Source of the DNA: Dehalococcoidia bacterium
GTDB taxonomy: Bacteria; Chloroflexota; Dehalococcoidia; Lucifugimonadales; GCA-2712585
Length of the DNA: 64,000 nt
Direction: 5' to 3'
Assembly: GCA_965247585.1 (NCBI GenBank)
Contig: CBDFHC010000005.1
Coordinates: forward strand, 192,334 to 256,333
This document shows positions 8,803 to 18,174 of the stretch, one piece after another. The notes beneath the pieces are model-generated. The model was not told the origin of the DNA. It worked only from the letters and a program-made list of their open reading frames with translations, and did no database searches. The position numbers were made by a program, and so were the translations under genes. The first letter of the stretch is position 1, and every line of letters begins with the position of its first letter.

Positions 8803-9573
8803 ATGGAATTGGACCTGAGCGGAAAGTCAGCCATTGTTACCGGCGCGGGGTCCGGGATTGGGAGGGAGGTGGCGCACACGCTGGCATCGCACGGCGCGGC
8901 GGTGACGGTTGGGGATGTGAATGGGGAGTCGGGCCAGAAGACGGCGGATGAGATCAAGGAGCACGGCGGGAAGAGCCAGGCGGTGCGGACGGACGTGTCT
9001 GACAGCGGACAGGTTTCGGCGCTGGTGAAGGCGGCGGAGGAGGCGTTTGGGGGGGTGGACATACTGGTGAACAACGCGGGCTTCGGGTTTAACAGCCGGA
9101 TTGTGGATATGACGGAGGAGGACTGGGACCGGGTGCTGGACGTGAACCTGAAGGGGCAGTTTCTATGCTCCAAGGCGGCAGGAAGGGCGATGATCCAGCA
9201 AGGGAAGGGGGGCCGCATAGTAAACATAGCGTCGACGGCGGCGGCGAACGCGCGGTACGAGGGAGGCGCTTACTGCGCGGCAAAGGCGGGGGTGGTGCAG
9301 CTAACGAAGGTGCTGGCAATGGAGCTGGGGCCATACGGGATAACGGTGAACTCGGTGGGACCAGGGCTGACGGAGACGCCGGCGAATCTAGATACGTCGC
9401 ACGAATACCGGGCCAACTTCCTGGCGCAGGTGGCGTTGGGAAGGACGGCGCAGCCGTCCGAGATTGCTAACGCGGTGCTGTTTCTGGCGTCGCCTATGGC
9501 AGAATACATTTCGGGGCAGGTGATCTACGTGGACGGGGGATATTCGGCAGGAAAGCTAACGGTAAGAGGATAG
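8803..9573 (+). CDS. SDR family oxidoreductase (FabG-like)
   Basis: TGAGSGIG cofactor motif, NNAG, catalytic YCAAK. Confidence 0.9.
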   Translation: MELDLSGKSAIVTGAGSGIGREVAHTLASHGAAVTVGDVNGESGQKTADEIKEHGGKSQAVRTDVSDSGQVSALVKAAEEAFGGVDILVNNAGFGFNSRIVDMTEEDWDRVLDVNLKGQFLCSKAAGRAMIQQGKGGRIVNIASTAAANARYEGGAYCAAKAGVVQLTKVLAMELGPYGITVNSVGPGLTETPANLDTSHEYRANFLAQVALGRTAQPSEIANAVLFLASPMAEYISGQVIYVDGGYSAGKLTVRG

Positions 9574-9585
9574 GGAGGCAGGCAG

Positions 9586-10368
9586 ATGGAATTCGAAGGG
9601 AAAGCGGCGATTGTCACTGGGGCGGCGCAGGGGATAGGAGGGGCGATAGCGAGGGAGCTGGTGAGTAAGGGCGCCAAGGTGCTGGTGTGCGACGTGCAGG
9701 CGGAGAAGGTGGAGTCTGTGGCGGCGCAGATCCGTGAGGAAGGCGGGGAGGCGGTGGCGTTCGGGGCGGACCTGACGGCGTCGACTCAGGTGAACGAGAT
9801 GGTGCAGCGGGCCGTGGAGGCTTTCGGCAAGATCGACATACTGGTGAATAACGCGGGTGGGAGCGGAAATATTGGGATAGACCAGATTGAAGAGGTGGAC
9901 GACGATCTGTGGGACTTCATAATTGACAGCAACCTGAAGAGCGCGTTCCTGTGCTGCCGGGCGGCGACGCCGCACATGAAGGAGATGGGGTACGGAAAAA
10001 TAGTCAACTTCTCGTCTGGGTCGGCGAAGGGGACGTTCGGGCCGAGGGGGACGTCCGCGGCGAGGCTGCCGTACGCGGGGGCGAAGGCAGGGATAGACGG
10101 GTTCACGAAGCAACTGGCGAAGGACCTGGCGCCGTGGGGCATCAATGTGAACGCGATAATGCCGGGGTTTATTCTGACGGAGGCGGAGGCCAGGGTGGCA
10201 CGGCGGTACGGGGAGCTTTCGGAGCAGGAGCAGAAGGATATGTGGGCAAGGGTGCCGATGGGGAGGCCGGGGCGTCCGGAGGAGATTGCGAAGGTGGTGG
10301 CGTTTTTGGCGTCGGACGACGCGAGCTTTGTGTCCGGGGCGATTGTTGAAGTGACCGGGGCGGGATAG
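9586..10368 (+). CDS. SDR family oxidoreductase
   Basis: TGAAQGIG, NNAG, YAGAK. It lies 12 nt after the previous SDR, so the two are probably co-transcribed. Confidence 0.9.
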   Translation: MEFEGKAAIVTGAAQGIGGAIARELVSKGAKVLVCDVQAEKVESVAAQIREEGGEAVAFGADLTASTQVNEMVQRAVEAFGKIDILVNNAGGSGNIGIDQIEEVDDDLWDFIIDSNLKSAFLCCRAATPHMKEMGYGKIVNFSSGSAKGTFGPRGTSAARLPYAGAKAGIDGFTKQLAKDLAPWGINVNAIMPGFILTEAEARVARRYGELSEQEQKDMWARVPMGRPGRPEEIAKVVAFLASDDASFVSGAIVEVTGAG

Positions 10369-10385
10369 AGGGAAGGGAGGTGGAA

Positions 10386-11556
10386 GCGGTATGGGCTCGA
10401 CTCTCCCTTCGACAAGCTCAGGATAAACTTGGCCTCAGGATGCGGATTCTCGTGGCACAAAACCCACCGGGAGGGTGTTGCTATTGCACAGGGCTGCGCC
10501 TCAAAGGTTGGTGGTTCCCACCATCCCGCCCAGGAAGGTTTTAATTCCTGAGGGACACCCTCAGACTCTCGGCAGCCACCACCCGGGTCCCCACACCCTC
10601 CTGTTTGGGCTGCAATGGAAGCCGCTGGCACAGCGAAAGAGGATGCGAGGGTTGGATGTGCTCTCCCCCCACACCCAGATTCTTCGATCTTCACGGGCGG
10701 ACTCAGAATGACATGGCGGGGGGCGGAATGCGGTATGGGCTCGTCCTCCCCTTCTACAAGCTCAGGCTGAACGGGTTGGAGGTGTAGGGTTGCCATGGCG
10801 GTGGGTGTTTCTATTGCACAGGACTGCGCCTCAAAGGTTGGTGGTTCCCACCGTCCCGCCCCGGAAGGTTTTTAGATCGATTTTCTGTGGGACACCCTCA
10901 GGCTCCCGGCAGAGAGGGTACGCCCTCTCTGGACTCTCCCCGAAAAGGTCATTATAAAAGGCTGGAGGCTCTATTTTCGAGGCAACGACATGACTCCTTT
11001 GGAAGCTCAACGCGGGGAAATGAGACGCTGAAAAAGCCGACGAAGCCAAAAACTCATAGGGTCTCAGGATGAGCGGGCTGGAGGTGTAGAGAGGGACTGC
11101 GAATCATGGGTTGGTGGTTCCCACCGTCCCGCCCAGGATGGTTTTCAGAACGTTTTTCTGAGGGACACCCTCAGACTCCCGGCAGCCACCACCCGGGTCC
11201 CCTACACCCTCCTGTTTGGGCTGCAATGGAAGTCGGCTGGCACAGCGAAAGAGGATGCGAGGGTTGGATGTTCTCTCCCCACACCCAGATTCTTCGATCT
11301 TCACGGGCGGACTCAGAATGACATGGCGGGGGGCGGAATGCGGTATGGGCTCGTCCTCCCCTTCGACAAGCTCAGGATGAGCGGGTTGGAGGAGTAGGTT
11401 TGCCATGGCGGTGGGTGTTGCTATTGCACAGGACTGCGCCTCAAAGGTTGGTGGTTCCCACCATCCCGCCCAGGAAGGTTTTTAAAACGTTTCTCTGAGG
11501 GACACCCTCAGACTCCCGGCAGGGAACCTAGGTTCCCTGCACTCTCCTGTTTGGGC
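10386..11556 (+). repeat. Repeat cluster with four A and three B modules
   Basis: Modules in order:
- B2-like at 10386-10450.
- A at 10470-10600.
- B at 10601-10785.
- A at 10786-10945 (hairpin 2 at 10910-10931).
- C+D at 10946-11090.
- A at 11090-11212.
- B at 11213-11395.
- A at 11396-11556 (hairpin 2 at 11519-11540). Confidence 0.9.
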
Positions 11557-11604
11557 CGCAGAGGAAGCAGGCTGGGGTAATTTTGAGGCGAGGAATGGTG
11601 AGCT

Positions 11605-12978
11605 ATGACGGACGAGGTCCACAAGCTGACGATTGCTGAAGCATCGACGCAGGTGGCGGAGGGGAGGCTGACACCGACGCAACTGGTGGAGGCCAGTCTA
11701 TCGCGGATAGACGAGCGGGAGGCGGAGCTTAAGGCCTGGGTGACGGTGGACCGGGAGGGGGCGCGGGAGGCGGCGGACCTGCTGGACCGGGAGCTGGAGA
11801 CCAGCGGACCCCGGGGTCCCTTGCACGGCATTCCGGTGGGCATCAAGGATATCTTCTACACGGCGGGGCTGAGGACCACGGCGGGATCCAAGTTGCTGGC
11901 GGACTTCGTGCCGGGGTACGACGCCACATCTGTGGAGAGGCTGAAGGCGGCGGGGGCGATCATCCTGGGCAAAACGGTGACGGTGGAATTCGCCAGCATG
12001 GCGGGCCCGCCACCAACGGTGAACCCGTGGAACAGGGCGCGAACGCCGGGAGGGTCCAGCAGCGGCTCGGCGGTGGCGGTGGCGGACCGGATGTGTCCGG
12101 CCGGCATGGGGTCGCAAACCGGCGGTTCGTTGGTCCGGCCTTCGGCGTACAACGGGATTGTGGGGCTGAAGCCGACGTTCGGGAGGATCAGCGTCTACGG
12201 GGTGATACCCGCGGCGTGGTCGATGGACACCATAGGGCCGATGGTGAACAGCGTGACGGACGCGGCGCTGATGCTGCAAGCGCTGGCGGGGTACGACCCT
12301 CGGGACGCGGGTTCCGCCGACGAGCCGGTGCCCGATTACAGCCGCGCCATGGACCAGTTTGACGGCGCGCCACGGATTGGGCTAATCCGAGGATTCTTCC
12401 TCGATAAAGCGGACGAAGAGGTGAGAAGGCACACGGAGGAGGCGGCGGAGAAGCTGGCGCAGGCAGGGGCCGTGATAGAGGAAGTACAGCTACCGCCCAG
12501 CTTCGACACGATATACCAGGCCCACCAAACGGTGACGAACGTGGAGGTTTCCAGCTATCACGAAGAGATGTTTCAGAGCCGAGCGTGGGATTATTCGCCG
12601 AGGCTACGCCGCTATATTGAGACCGGGTTTTTGATACCGGGGACGTATTACGTGCAGGCGCAGCGGCTTAGACGGCTGCACCGGCGGGAGATGAACGCGC
12701 TGGCGTCGCAATGGGACGCGCTGCTGACTCCCACCACGCCGAGCGCAGCGCCCAAGGACCTGAGCACCACCGGGGACCCGGTTTTCCAGAGCCCGTGGAC
12801 TTCGACTGGGCTTCCGACCATAACGGTGCCTTCGGGGCTGGGGGAGTCTTCGGGGTTACCGTTGGGGATTCAACTGGCAGCTACCGCGTTCGCCGAGGAG
12901 CGGCTGCTTTCGGTGGCGCGGTGGTGCGAACGAGTGCTGGACGTGCATCTGGAACCACCCCGGGAGGTACCAGGCTAG
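11605..12978 (+). CDS. Amidase (amidase-signature family)
   Basis: 457-aa ORF with the GGSSSGSAVAVA signature and GIPVGIKD. Confidence 0.9.
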   Translation: MTDEVHKLTIAEASTQVAEGRLTPTQLVEASLSRIDEREAELKAWVTVDREGAREAADLLDRELETSGPRGPLHGIPVGIKDIFYTAGLRTTAGSKLLADFVPGYDATSVERLKAAGAIILGKTVTVEFASMAGPPPTVNPWNRARTPGGSSSGSAVAVADRMCPAGMGSQTGGSLVRPSAYNGIVGLKPTFGRISVYGVIPAAWSMDTIGPMVNSVTDAALMLQALAGYDPRDAGSADEPVPDYSRAMDQFDGAPRIGLIRGFFLDKADEEVRRHTEEAAEKLAQAGAVIEEVQLPPSFDTIYQAHQTVTNVEVSSYHEEMFQSRAWDYSPRLRRYIETGFLIPGTYYVQAQRLRRLHRREMNALASQWDALLTPTTPSAAPKDLSTTGDPVFQSPWTSTGLPTITVPSGLGESSGLPLGIQLAATAFAEERLLSVARWCERVLDVHLEPPREVPG

Positions 12979-12987
12979 GAGGAAGGT

Positions 12988-13740
12988 ATGAGGTTAGCAG
13001 GCAAGGTGGCGCTGATCAGCGGGGGCGCCAGAGGAATGGGCGCGGCAGAGGCGAGGCTCTTCGCTACTGAAGGGGCGAAGGTGGTCATAGGCGACGTTCT
13101 GGAGAAGGAGGGGCGTCAAGTTGAAGCGGCTATCAACGAGGTAGGCGGCGAGGCGCTTTTTGTGAGGCTGGACGTGACCCTTGAGGAGGAGTGGGAAGGA
13201 GCAGTGGAGGCGGCGGTGAGCCGGTTTGGGAAGCTGGACGTGTTGGTGAACAACGCGGGAGTCAGCGGGCACAGGCGGCTGGGAGACCTCTCCAGGGCGG
13301 CGTGGGAAGAGATCATGGAGGTGAATTCCACCGGGGTGTACCTGGGCTGCATGGCGGCAATCCCGGCGATGCGAAAGGCAGGGGGCGGGTCCATCATCAA
13401 TATCTCGTCCCAGATGGGAATCGTGGGCTCGGATGTGACGCACCCCGCGTACCATGCTTCGAAGGGGTCGGTGCGGATTCTGACCAAGTCGATAGCGGTG
13501 CAGTACGCCGGAGAGGGGATACGGTGCAACTCGGTGCATCCGGGGCCGATCCGAACGCCGATGAACGAGGAGCGGCGGAAGGACGCTGGATATGCGGCGC
13601 AGATGAACGCCAAGGTGCCATTGGGCCGGATGGGCACGGCGGAGGAGGTGGCCTGTGGGGTGTTGTACCTGGCCTCGGACGAGGCGTCGTATGTGACGGG
13701 GGCGGAGTTGGTGATTGATGGTGGGTGGATAGCGCAGTAG
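12988..13740 (+). CDS. SDR family oxidoreductase
   Basis: GGARGMG, NNAG, YHASK. Confidence 0.9.
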   Translation: MRLAGKVALISGGARGMGAAEARLFATEGAKVVIGDVLEKEGRQVEAAINEVGGEALFVRLDVTLEEEWEGAVEAAVSRFGKLDVLVNNAGVSGHRRLGDLSRAAWEEIMEVNSTGVYLGCMAAIPAMRKAGGGSIINISSQMGIVGSDVTHPAYHASKGSVRILTKSIAVQYAGEGIRCNSVHPGPIRTPMNEERRKDAGYAAQMNAKVPLGRMGTAEEVACGVLYLASDEASYVTGAELVIDGGWIAQ

Positions 13741-13745
13741 AGGAG

Positions 13746-13811
13746 GGTTTCTGAGGAACACCCTCAGACGCCCGGGAGCCACCACCTGGGTTCCCTGCAC
13801 TCTCCTGTTTT
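13746..13811 (+). repeat. S unit (hairpin-only half) filling a 72-bp convergent gap
   Basis: GGTTTCTGAGGAACACCCTCAGACGCCCGGGAGCCACCACCTGGGTTCCCTGCACTCTCCTGTTTT. It begins 5 nt after the TAG at 13738-13740 and ends 1 nt before the next gene's stop. Confidence 0.9.
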
Positions 13812-13812
13812 G

Positions 13813-14643
13813 TCAGGAGCTAAGTTTGAGGATGCGGCGGGCGTTTTCCAGGAGGATTTTGGGGCGGACTTCGTCACGGATGGGGAGAGCGTCGAATTCG
13901 TTGAGCCAGCGGTCCGGGGGAAGGTAGGGGAAGTCTGAGCCGAAGAGTACCTTGTCGCGGAGGCGGGTATCGGCCTCGCGGATGAGGGGTTCGGGGATGA
14001 AGCGGGGGCTCCAGCCAGAGAGGTCCAGGTAGACGTTGGCCTTGTGAAGGGTCACGGCGATCTGCTCTTCGATCCAGGGCCAGGCGGGATGAGCCATGAT
14101 GATGGTGAGGTCCGGAAAGTCGGCGGCGACGTCGTCGATGCCGGGGATGGGGGCGCTGTACTTTAGCTTGAAGCCAGCGCCGCCGGGGTGGCCCGCGCCG
14201 GCGGCGGCGAAGCCGGAGTGGAAGAGGACGGGGACGCCCAGCTCCATGCATTTCCGGTAGAGGGGATAGAAGTGGGGATCGTTGGGGAAGAAGGCCTGGT
14301 GGATGGGGTGGAGCTTGAGGCCGCGAAGGCCAAGCTCTGTCACGGAGCGCTCCAGCTCCAGGACGGCGGACTTTCCTTTCCAGGGGTCCACGGTGGCGAA
14401 GCCGATGAACTGGTCTGGGTAGGTCTTGACGATTCCGGAGACGTAGTCGTTGGAATCAGGGGGCTCGGCGGTGGTTATCTGGGTATCGACGGAGAAGATG
14501 AGGCCGAAGATGTCCCATTCTTTGTAGCGGCGGGCCATCTCGGCGGCGTCCTCGGGCGGGTCCTTGACGCGGAAGTAGCTGCGGAGGTGGGCTTCGACCT
14601 CGACGGGTTGCAGGCCGGGCTGCCGGGGGACGTGGACGTGCAT
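13813..14643 (-). CDS. Amidohydrolase family protein (Amidohydrolase_2 / ACMSD-like)
   Basis: N-terminal MHVHV metal motif, plus FHSG, MAHPAWPW and GSDFPY. Coordinates use the first ATG. The conserved IKAID strand and a GGAGG lie upstream; see the finding on ATA 14656-14658. Confidence 0.8.
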   Translation of the reverse strand: MHVHVPRQPGLQPVEVEAHLRSYFRVKDPPEDAAEMARRYKEWDIFGLIFSVDTQITTAEPPDSNDYVSGIVKTYPDQFIGFATVDPWKGKSAVLELERSVTELGLRGLKLHPIHQAFFPNDPHFYPLYRKCMELGVPVLFHSGFAAAGAGHPGGAGFKLKYSAPIPGIDDVAADFPDLTIIMAHPAWPWIEEQIAVTLHKANVYLDLSGWSPRFIPEPLIREADTRLRDKVLFGSDFPYLPPDRWLNEFDALPIRDEVRPKILLENARRILKLSS

Positions 14644-14734
14644 GTCTATGGCTTTTATGGCGGGCCTCCTGAGGCGGCGGGGATGGGGTGGCCGCCCGCA
14701 TTATAGCCGTGGCGCTGGCGGAGGGCCACGGAGG

Positions 14735-15670
14735 TCAGGAGGAGAGGAGGCGGTCCAAGGCGGCGCGGACCTCTTCCCCGGCCACGAGGGCTTCGAAGCG
14801 GGCGGCGACGCGGCCCTGGGCGTCGACGACGAAGACCCAGGGCTCGGTGGGGAGACCCCACTCAAGGGCTGGGCCGCTGGGAACCAGCCTGCCCTCGTTT
14901 CGGGCCAACTCCAGGTCCCAGGGCTCGATGTGGAGAAAGTTGACGCGGGAGCGGTAGCTATCTTCGAGAGAGATTACAACGTCGGTGACGGGGCCGCACG
15001 TGGCGCTGACGCAGAAGAGGGGGGTGCTCCAGACGACGACGAAGGGCTTGTGCTGCTCCAGGGCCTGGGCCACAGAAAGCTGGTGCATATCGTCCGGGGG
15101 GCTATGGGTACATATCTCCTGGATGTGGGCCACGTCGCGAACGGTGGGGTTCTGGGTAGCGGGGACCGGGTCGCCGACGTTGGGGACATTTGAAGCGTCT
15201 ATTACGTTAAAGGCGAGGTCGGCCACGTGGAGTGATTCGCCCTGGGATGAGGTGGCGGTGAAGGAGGCGGACCAAATGCCGGGGGCATCGAAGGAGGCAG
15301 CGTCGACAACATAGATGCCGCGGACGTCCATGTGCTCGTGGAGCTCGCCGTCCTGATGGACGTGGGGCGTGACACCCTTAGCCTGACGGTAGGCCGCGGG
15401 GCCGGCGAACTCGGAGGTGCGGGATTCACCCTGGTGGCTATAGAACTGGAGTTGGACGGTGGCGTTCTCGACGACGCGGCCGTCCAGGGAGGCGATGGCG
15501 AAGGAGAAGCGGTTCTCGCCAACGGTGAGCTCCCGGGCGCCGATGAAGGAGTTGTATGGGGGAGGCGTGGGGCTGGGCGCGTCGCCGCCGCAGGCGGAGA
15601 GGGCGAGGAGCAGGAGGGCCATCGCCATTAGAGGGCCGGCGAGTTTTGGTATTCGGGCGGCTGATTTCAA
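14735..15670 (-). CDS. Lipoprotein with C-terminal thioredoxin-fold-like domain (function unknown)
   Basis: Signal peptide with lipobox LLALSAC-GG. The C-terminal part has FVVVWSTPLFCVSATCGP, reminiscent of redoxin/SCO-type folds. TTG start. Confidence 0.6.
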   Translation of the reverse strand: MKSAARIPKLAGPLMAMALLLLALSACGGDAPSPTPPPYNSFIGARELTVGENRFSFAIASLDGRVVENATVQLQFYSHQGESRTSEFAGPAAYRQAKGVTPHVHQDGELHEHMDVRGIYVVDAASFDAPGIWSASFTATSSQGESLHVADLAFNVIDASNVPNVGDPVPATQNPTVRDVAHIQEICTHSPPDDMHQLSVAQALEQHKPFVVVWSTPLFCVSATCGPVTDVVISLEDSYRSRVNFLHIEPWDLELARNEGRLVPSGPALEWGLPTEPWVFVVDAQGRVAARFEALVAGEEVRAALDRLLSS

Positions 15671-15984
15671 TATTCTGTTGACGTTGGAGAATTCATGGGT
15701 TTAGGCGGTGTGTTTAGATGCGGAACGGATGGGGCAGGTGCGCGGCGCGAGGTTAATCCTTGTCGCCCGGCCCGGGCGTCGAGTCTGGCGAGGCTCAACA
15801 GCCGGGATCTCCGGGGTGGCCGCAGCAGCCGCGGAGGTGCCAGGCTTTGAGGAAGCTGTTTCGAGTGACGAGGAAGAGCTTCCTGGGGAGCGGCACGGGG
15901 GCGCCGAGGTTTCGGAGGAGGTGAGCAAGGGTACGCCGGTGAGGTGGTGGGTGCATTGATTCATTCTCCGGTGGGCATTATGCC

Positions 15985-16310
15985 ACTCTGGGGCGCAGTT
16001 TCGAAACGGGTGGGAGGGTTGTTGGGGAGGGAAGCTTTTGTTTTAGGTTCTGAGGGACATCCTCGGACTCCCGGCAGCCACCACCCAGGTTCCCTGCACC
16101 TTCCTGTGGGGTTGGTGTTTCCCGCTCTCCTGCGAGGGCCACAGAGCTTGTGAGTAACCTGAGCTGGAACAGCGATAGTGGGCGCCAGGGTTGGATATGC
16201 TCTCCCCCCACACCCAGATTCTTCGATCTTCACGGGCGGACTCAGAATGCCATGGTGTGGGACGGAATGCGGTATGGGCTCGTCCTTCGAGGGCCTCAGG
16301 ATGAGCGGGA
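15985..16310 (+). repeat. Degenerate A unit, E fragment, B module
   Basis: Hairpin 1 at 16050-16066 is CTGAGGG-ACA-TCCTCGG (two G.U pairs). The tail is subtype 2. B lies at 16149-16310. Confidence 0.85.
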
Positions 16311-16457
16311 ATGGGAGGGACGAAGGGCGATATTCGAGGGGATGGAGAGGGGGTTTCTTGACAGGTTATAGGGTGGCTGATAGCCTTTCGGCCAGCCTCG
16401 GCCCGGTGGTTATTCAAAGGGTACGGCGAGGAACAAGGGGGGCATTCGGAAGGTGAA

Positions 16458-17645
16458 ATGGTAGCAGGAAGGTATCCGGAGCTTAGTATTTCGCCTCGGA
16501 AGCTCCTCAGCACCGGGCCGACGAATGTTCACCCCAGGGTTGTGAGCGCGCTGGCCACGCCGGTGATAGGGTACGCGGAATCAGCGTTCTTTCCTGTAGT
16601 GGACGGAATAGCATCGATGCTGGGGGAGGTGTTCCAGAGCGGGGAGGCGCTGACGATGGCGCTGCCAGCGACGGGGTCCGGTGGGATTGAGGCGGGGGTG
16701 GCGAGCCTGGTGGAGCCTGGGGATACGGTGGTGGTGGGGACGATTGGGTTCTTCGGCGACCGGCTGGTGGAGGTGGCGAGGCGGCAGGGAGCAAAGGTGC
16801 ACCTGGTGGAGGGGGAGTGGGGGCGGCCGTTGGACCCGGAGGCGCTGGCCAAGGAGTTGGGGAAGCACCGGTCGGTGAAGCTGGTGGGGGTGGTGCAGGC
16901 GGAGACGTCGACGGGGATCGCGCAGCCGCTGGACGAGGTGACGCGGCTGGCGAAGGAGCATGAGGCGCTGCTGCTGGTGGACGCGGTAACGTCGCTGGGG
17001 GGCAGCGAGGTGGGGTTCGAGGGGAACGGGATGGACTATTGTTTCAGCGCGTCGCAGAAGTGTCTGAGCTGCCCGCCGGGGCTGGCGCCGGTGGCGGTGA
17101 GCGCGAAGGCGATGGAGGCGATAGGAAATAGGAGGCAGCCGCCGCACACGTGGTACCTGGACCTATCGCTGATAGCCAAGTACTGGGGACCGGCGCGAAC
17201 GTACCATCACACAATCCCGGCGTCTATGTTTTACGCGCTGTACGAGGGGCTGCGGGTGGTGCTGGAGGAGGGGTTGGAGGAACGGTACGAGCGGCACCGT
17301 AGGAATGCGGCGGCGCTGTGGGCAGGGCTAGAGGCGATGGGGCTGGAGATTATTTCGGAGCCAGCGTACCGGTTGCCGCAGATCACGCCGGTCATGGCGC
17401 CGGAGGGGGTGGACGAGCAGCGGGTGAGGGCGCGTCTGGTGGAGGAGTACGGGATAGAGATTTCCAGGGGGCTGGGCCAGTTGGCGGGGAAGGCGTGGCG
17501 AGTGGGACTGATGGGGGAGGCGAGCCAGGCGGAGAACGTGCTATCGCTGCTTTCGGCGCTGGAGCTGATATTGCCCAGCGAAGGGTACGAGGCGCCGATG
17601 GGCGCGGGGGTGGAGGCGGCGGAGCGGTGGCTGGGCGGAGCTTAG
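16458..17645 (+). CDS. Class-V aminotransferase (alanine-glyoxylate / serine-pyruvate type)
   Basis: 395-aa ORF with the SASQKCL PLP-lysine context and the overall class-V pattern. Confidence 0.85.
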   Translation: MVAGRYPELSISPRKLLSTGPTNVHPRVVSALATPVIGYAESAFFPVVDGIASMLGEVFQSGEALTMALPATGSGGIEAGVASLVEPGDTVVVGTIGFFGDRLVEVARRQGAKVHLVEGEWGRPLDPEALAKELGKHRSVKLVGVVQAETSTGIAQPLDEVTRLAKEHEALLLVDAVTSLGGSEVGFEGNGMDYCFSASQKCLSCPPGLAPVAVSAKAMEAIGNRRQPPHTWYLDLSLIAKYWGPARTYHHTIPASMFYALYEGLRVVLEEGLEERYERHRRNAAALWAGLEAMGLEIISEPAYRLPQITPVMAPEGVDEQRVRARLVEEYGIEISRGLGQLAGKAWRVGLMGEASQAENVLSLLSALELILPSEGYEAPMGAGVEAAERWLGGA

Positions 17646-17760
17646 GCGGTGAACTGTGGGCGGATTACTGATGGTTGGAGCGAAATATCCGCTCCTATTT
17701 TGGAGGGACTTTATTAGGAGCGAGGGCCAGCCTAACTATCAGTGCGACGCGACGCTGGGA

Positions 17761-18040
17761 GCGTGTGAACAAACCGGGCTGGAACAGTGAAACTGGGCGC
17801 GAAGGTAGGATATGCTCTCCCACCACACCCAGATTCTTCGATCCTCACGGGCGGACTCGGAATCCATCATGCTGGGGGGCGGAATGCGGTATGGGCTCGT
17901 CCTTCGAGAGCCTCAGGATGAGCGGGTTGGAGGCGTAGGAGGCTTATTTTCATAGGAATTACATGACTGATACGGACTCTCCCAGTGGGACATTGCGACG
18001 TTCCATAAGCCGGAGAAGTCAAAAGCTCTTAGGCTCTCAG
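17761..18040 (+). repeat. B + C' + D modules
   Basis: B lies at 17761-17935 (the ATTCT/GGAAT stem has a U.G pair). GGAGGCTTATTTTCATAGGAATTACATGA follows at 17936-17990, and D lies at 18010-18040. Confidence 0.9.
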
Positions 18041-18174
18041 TAGGCGCACTGGTCTGTATTGGCGGCGACGACAGCCGTGGTCGCGGAGGCCAATATTCTG
18101 GCAACAAAGCTGAAAGCATCCTCGGAGGATGAGGCTGTCAGCATCATAATCAGGGTCCCAGGAGGTTAGCGTAG

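Noticed and set aside
10990-11065. A mini-ORF starts at the GAATGACATGAC junction of the C/B1 modules (MT.LEA...RR-stop-KSRRSQKL.GSQ) and is recognisable in about 6 copies (1848, 8365, 10990, 17960, 37258, 63541).
   Set aside because: Four of the six copies have a TGA at the same internal position, and others have frameshifts. What is conserved is the nucleotide string GAAG.CAAAAACTCACAG. At most it is a relic of an ancestral coding sequence.
13746-13811. The S units could be integron attC sites: a same-orientation hairpin with a variable centre and conserved flanks.
   Set aside because: The flanking genes are housekeeping or catabolic genes on both strands rather than promoterless cassettes. 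There is no intI or attI, and no GTTRRRY core sites.
15708-15959. An 83-aa + strand ORF (also an 87-aa - strand ORF at 15701-15964) lies in the non-repeat part of the gap upstream of the lipoprotein gene.
   Set aside because: It has no convincing SD and no recognisable domain. The two overlapping ORFs are equally plausible, the sequence is low-complexity, and this cannot be supported without homology or expression data.
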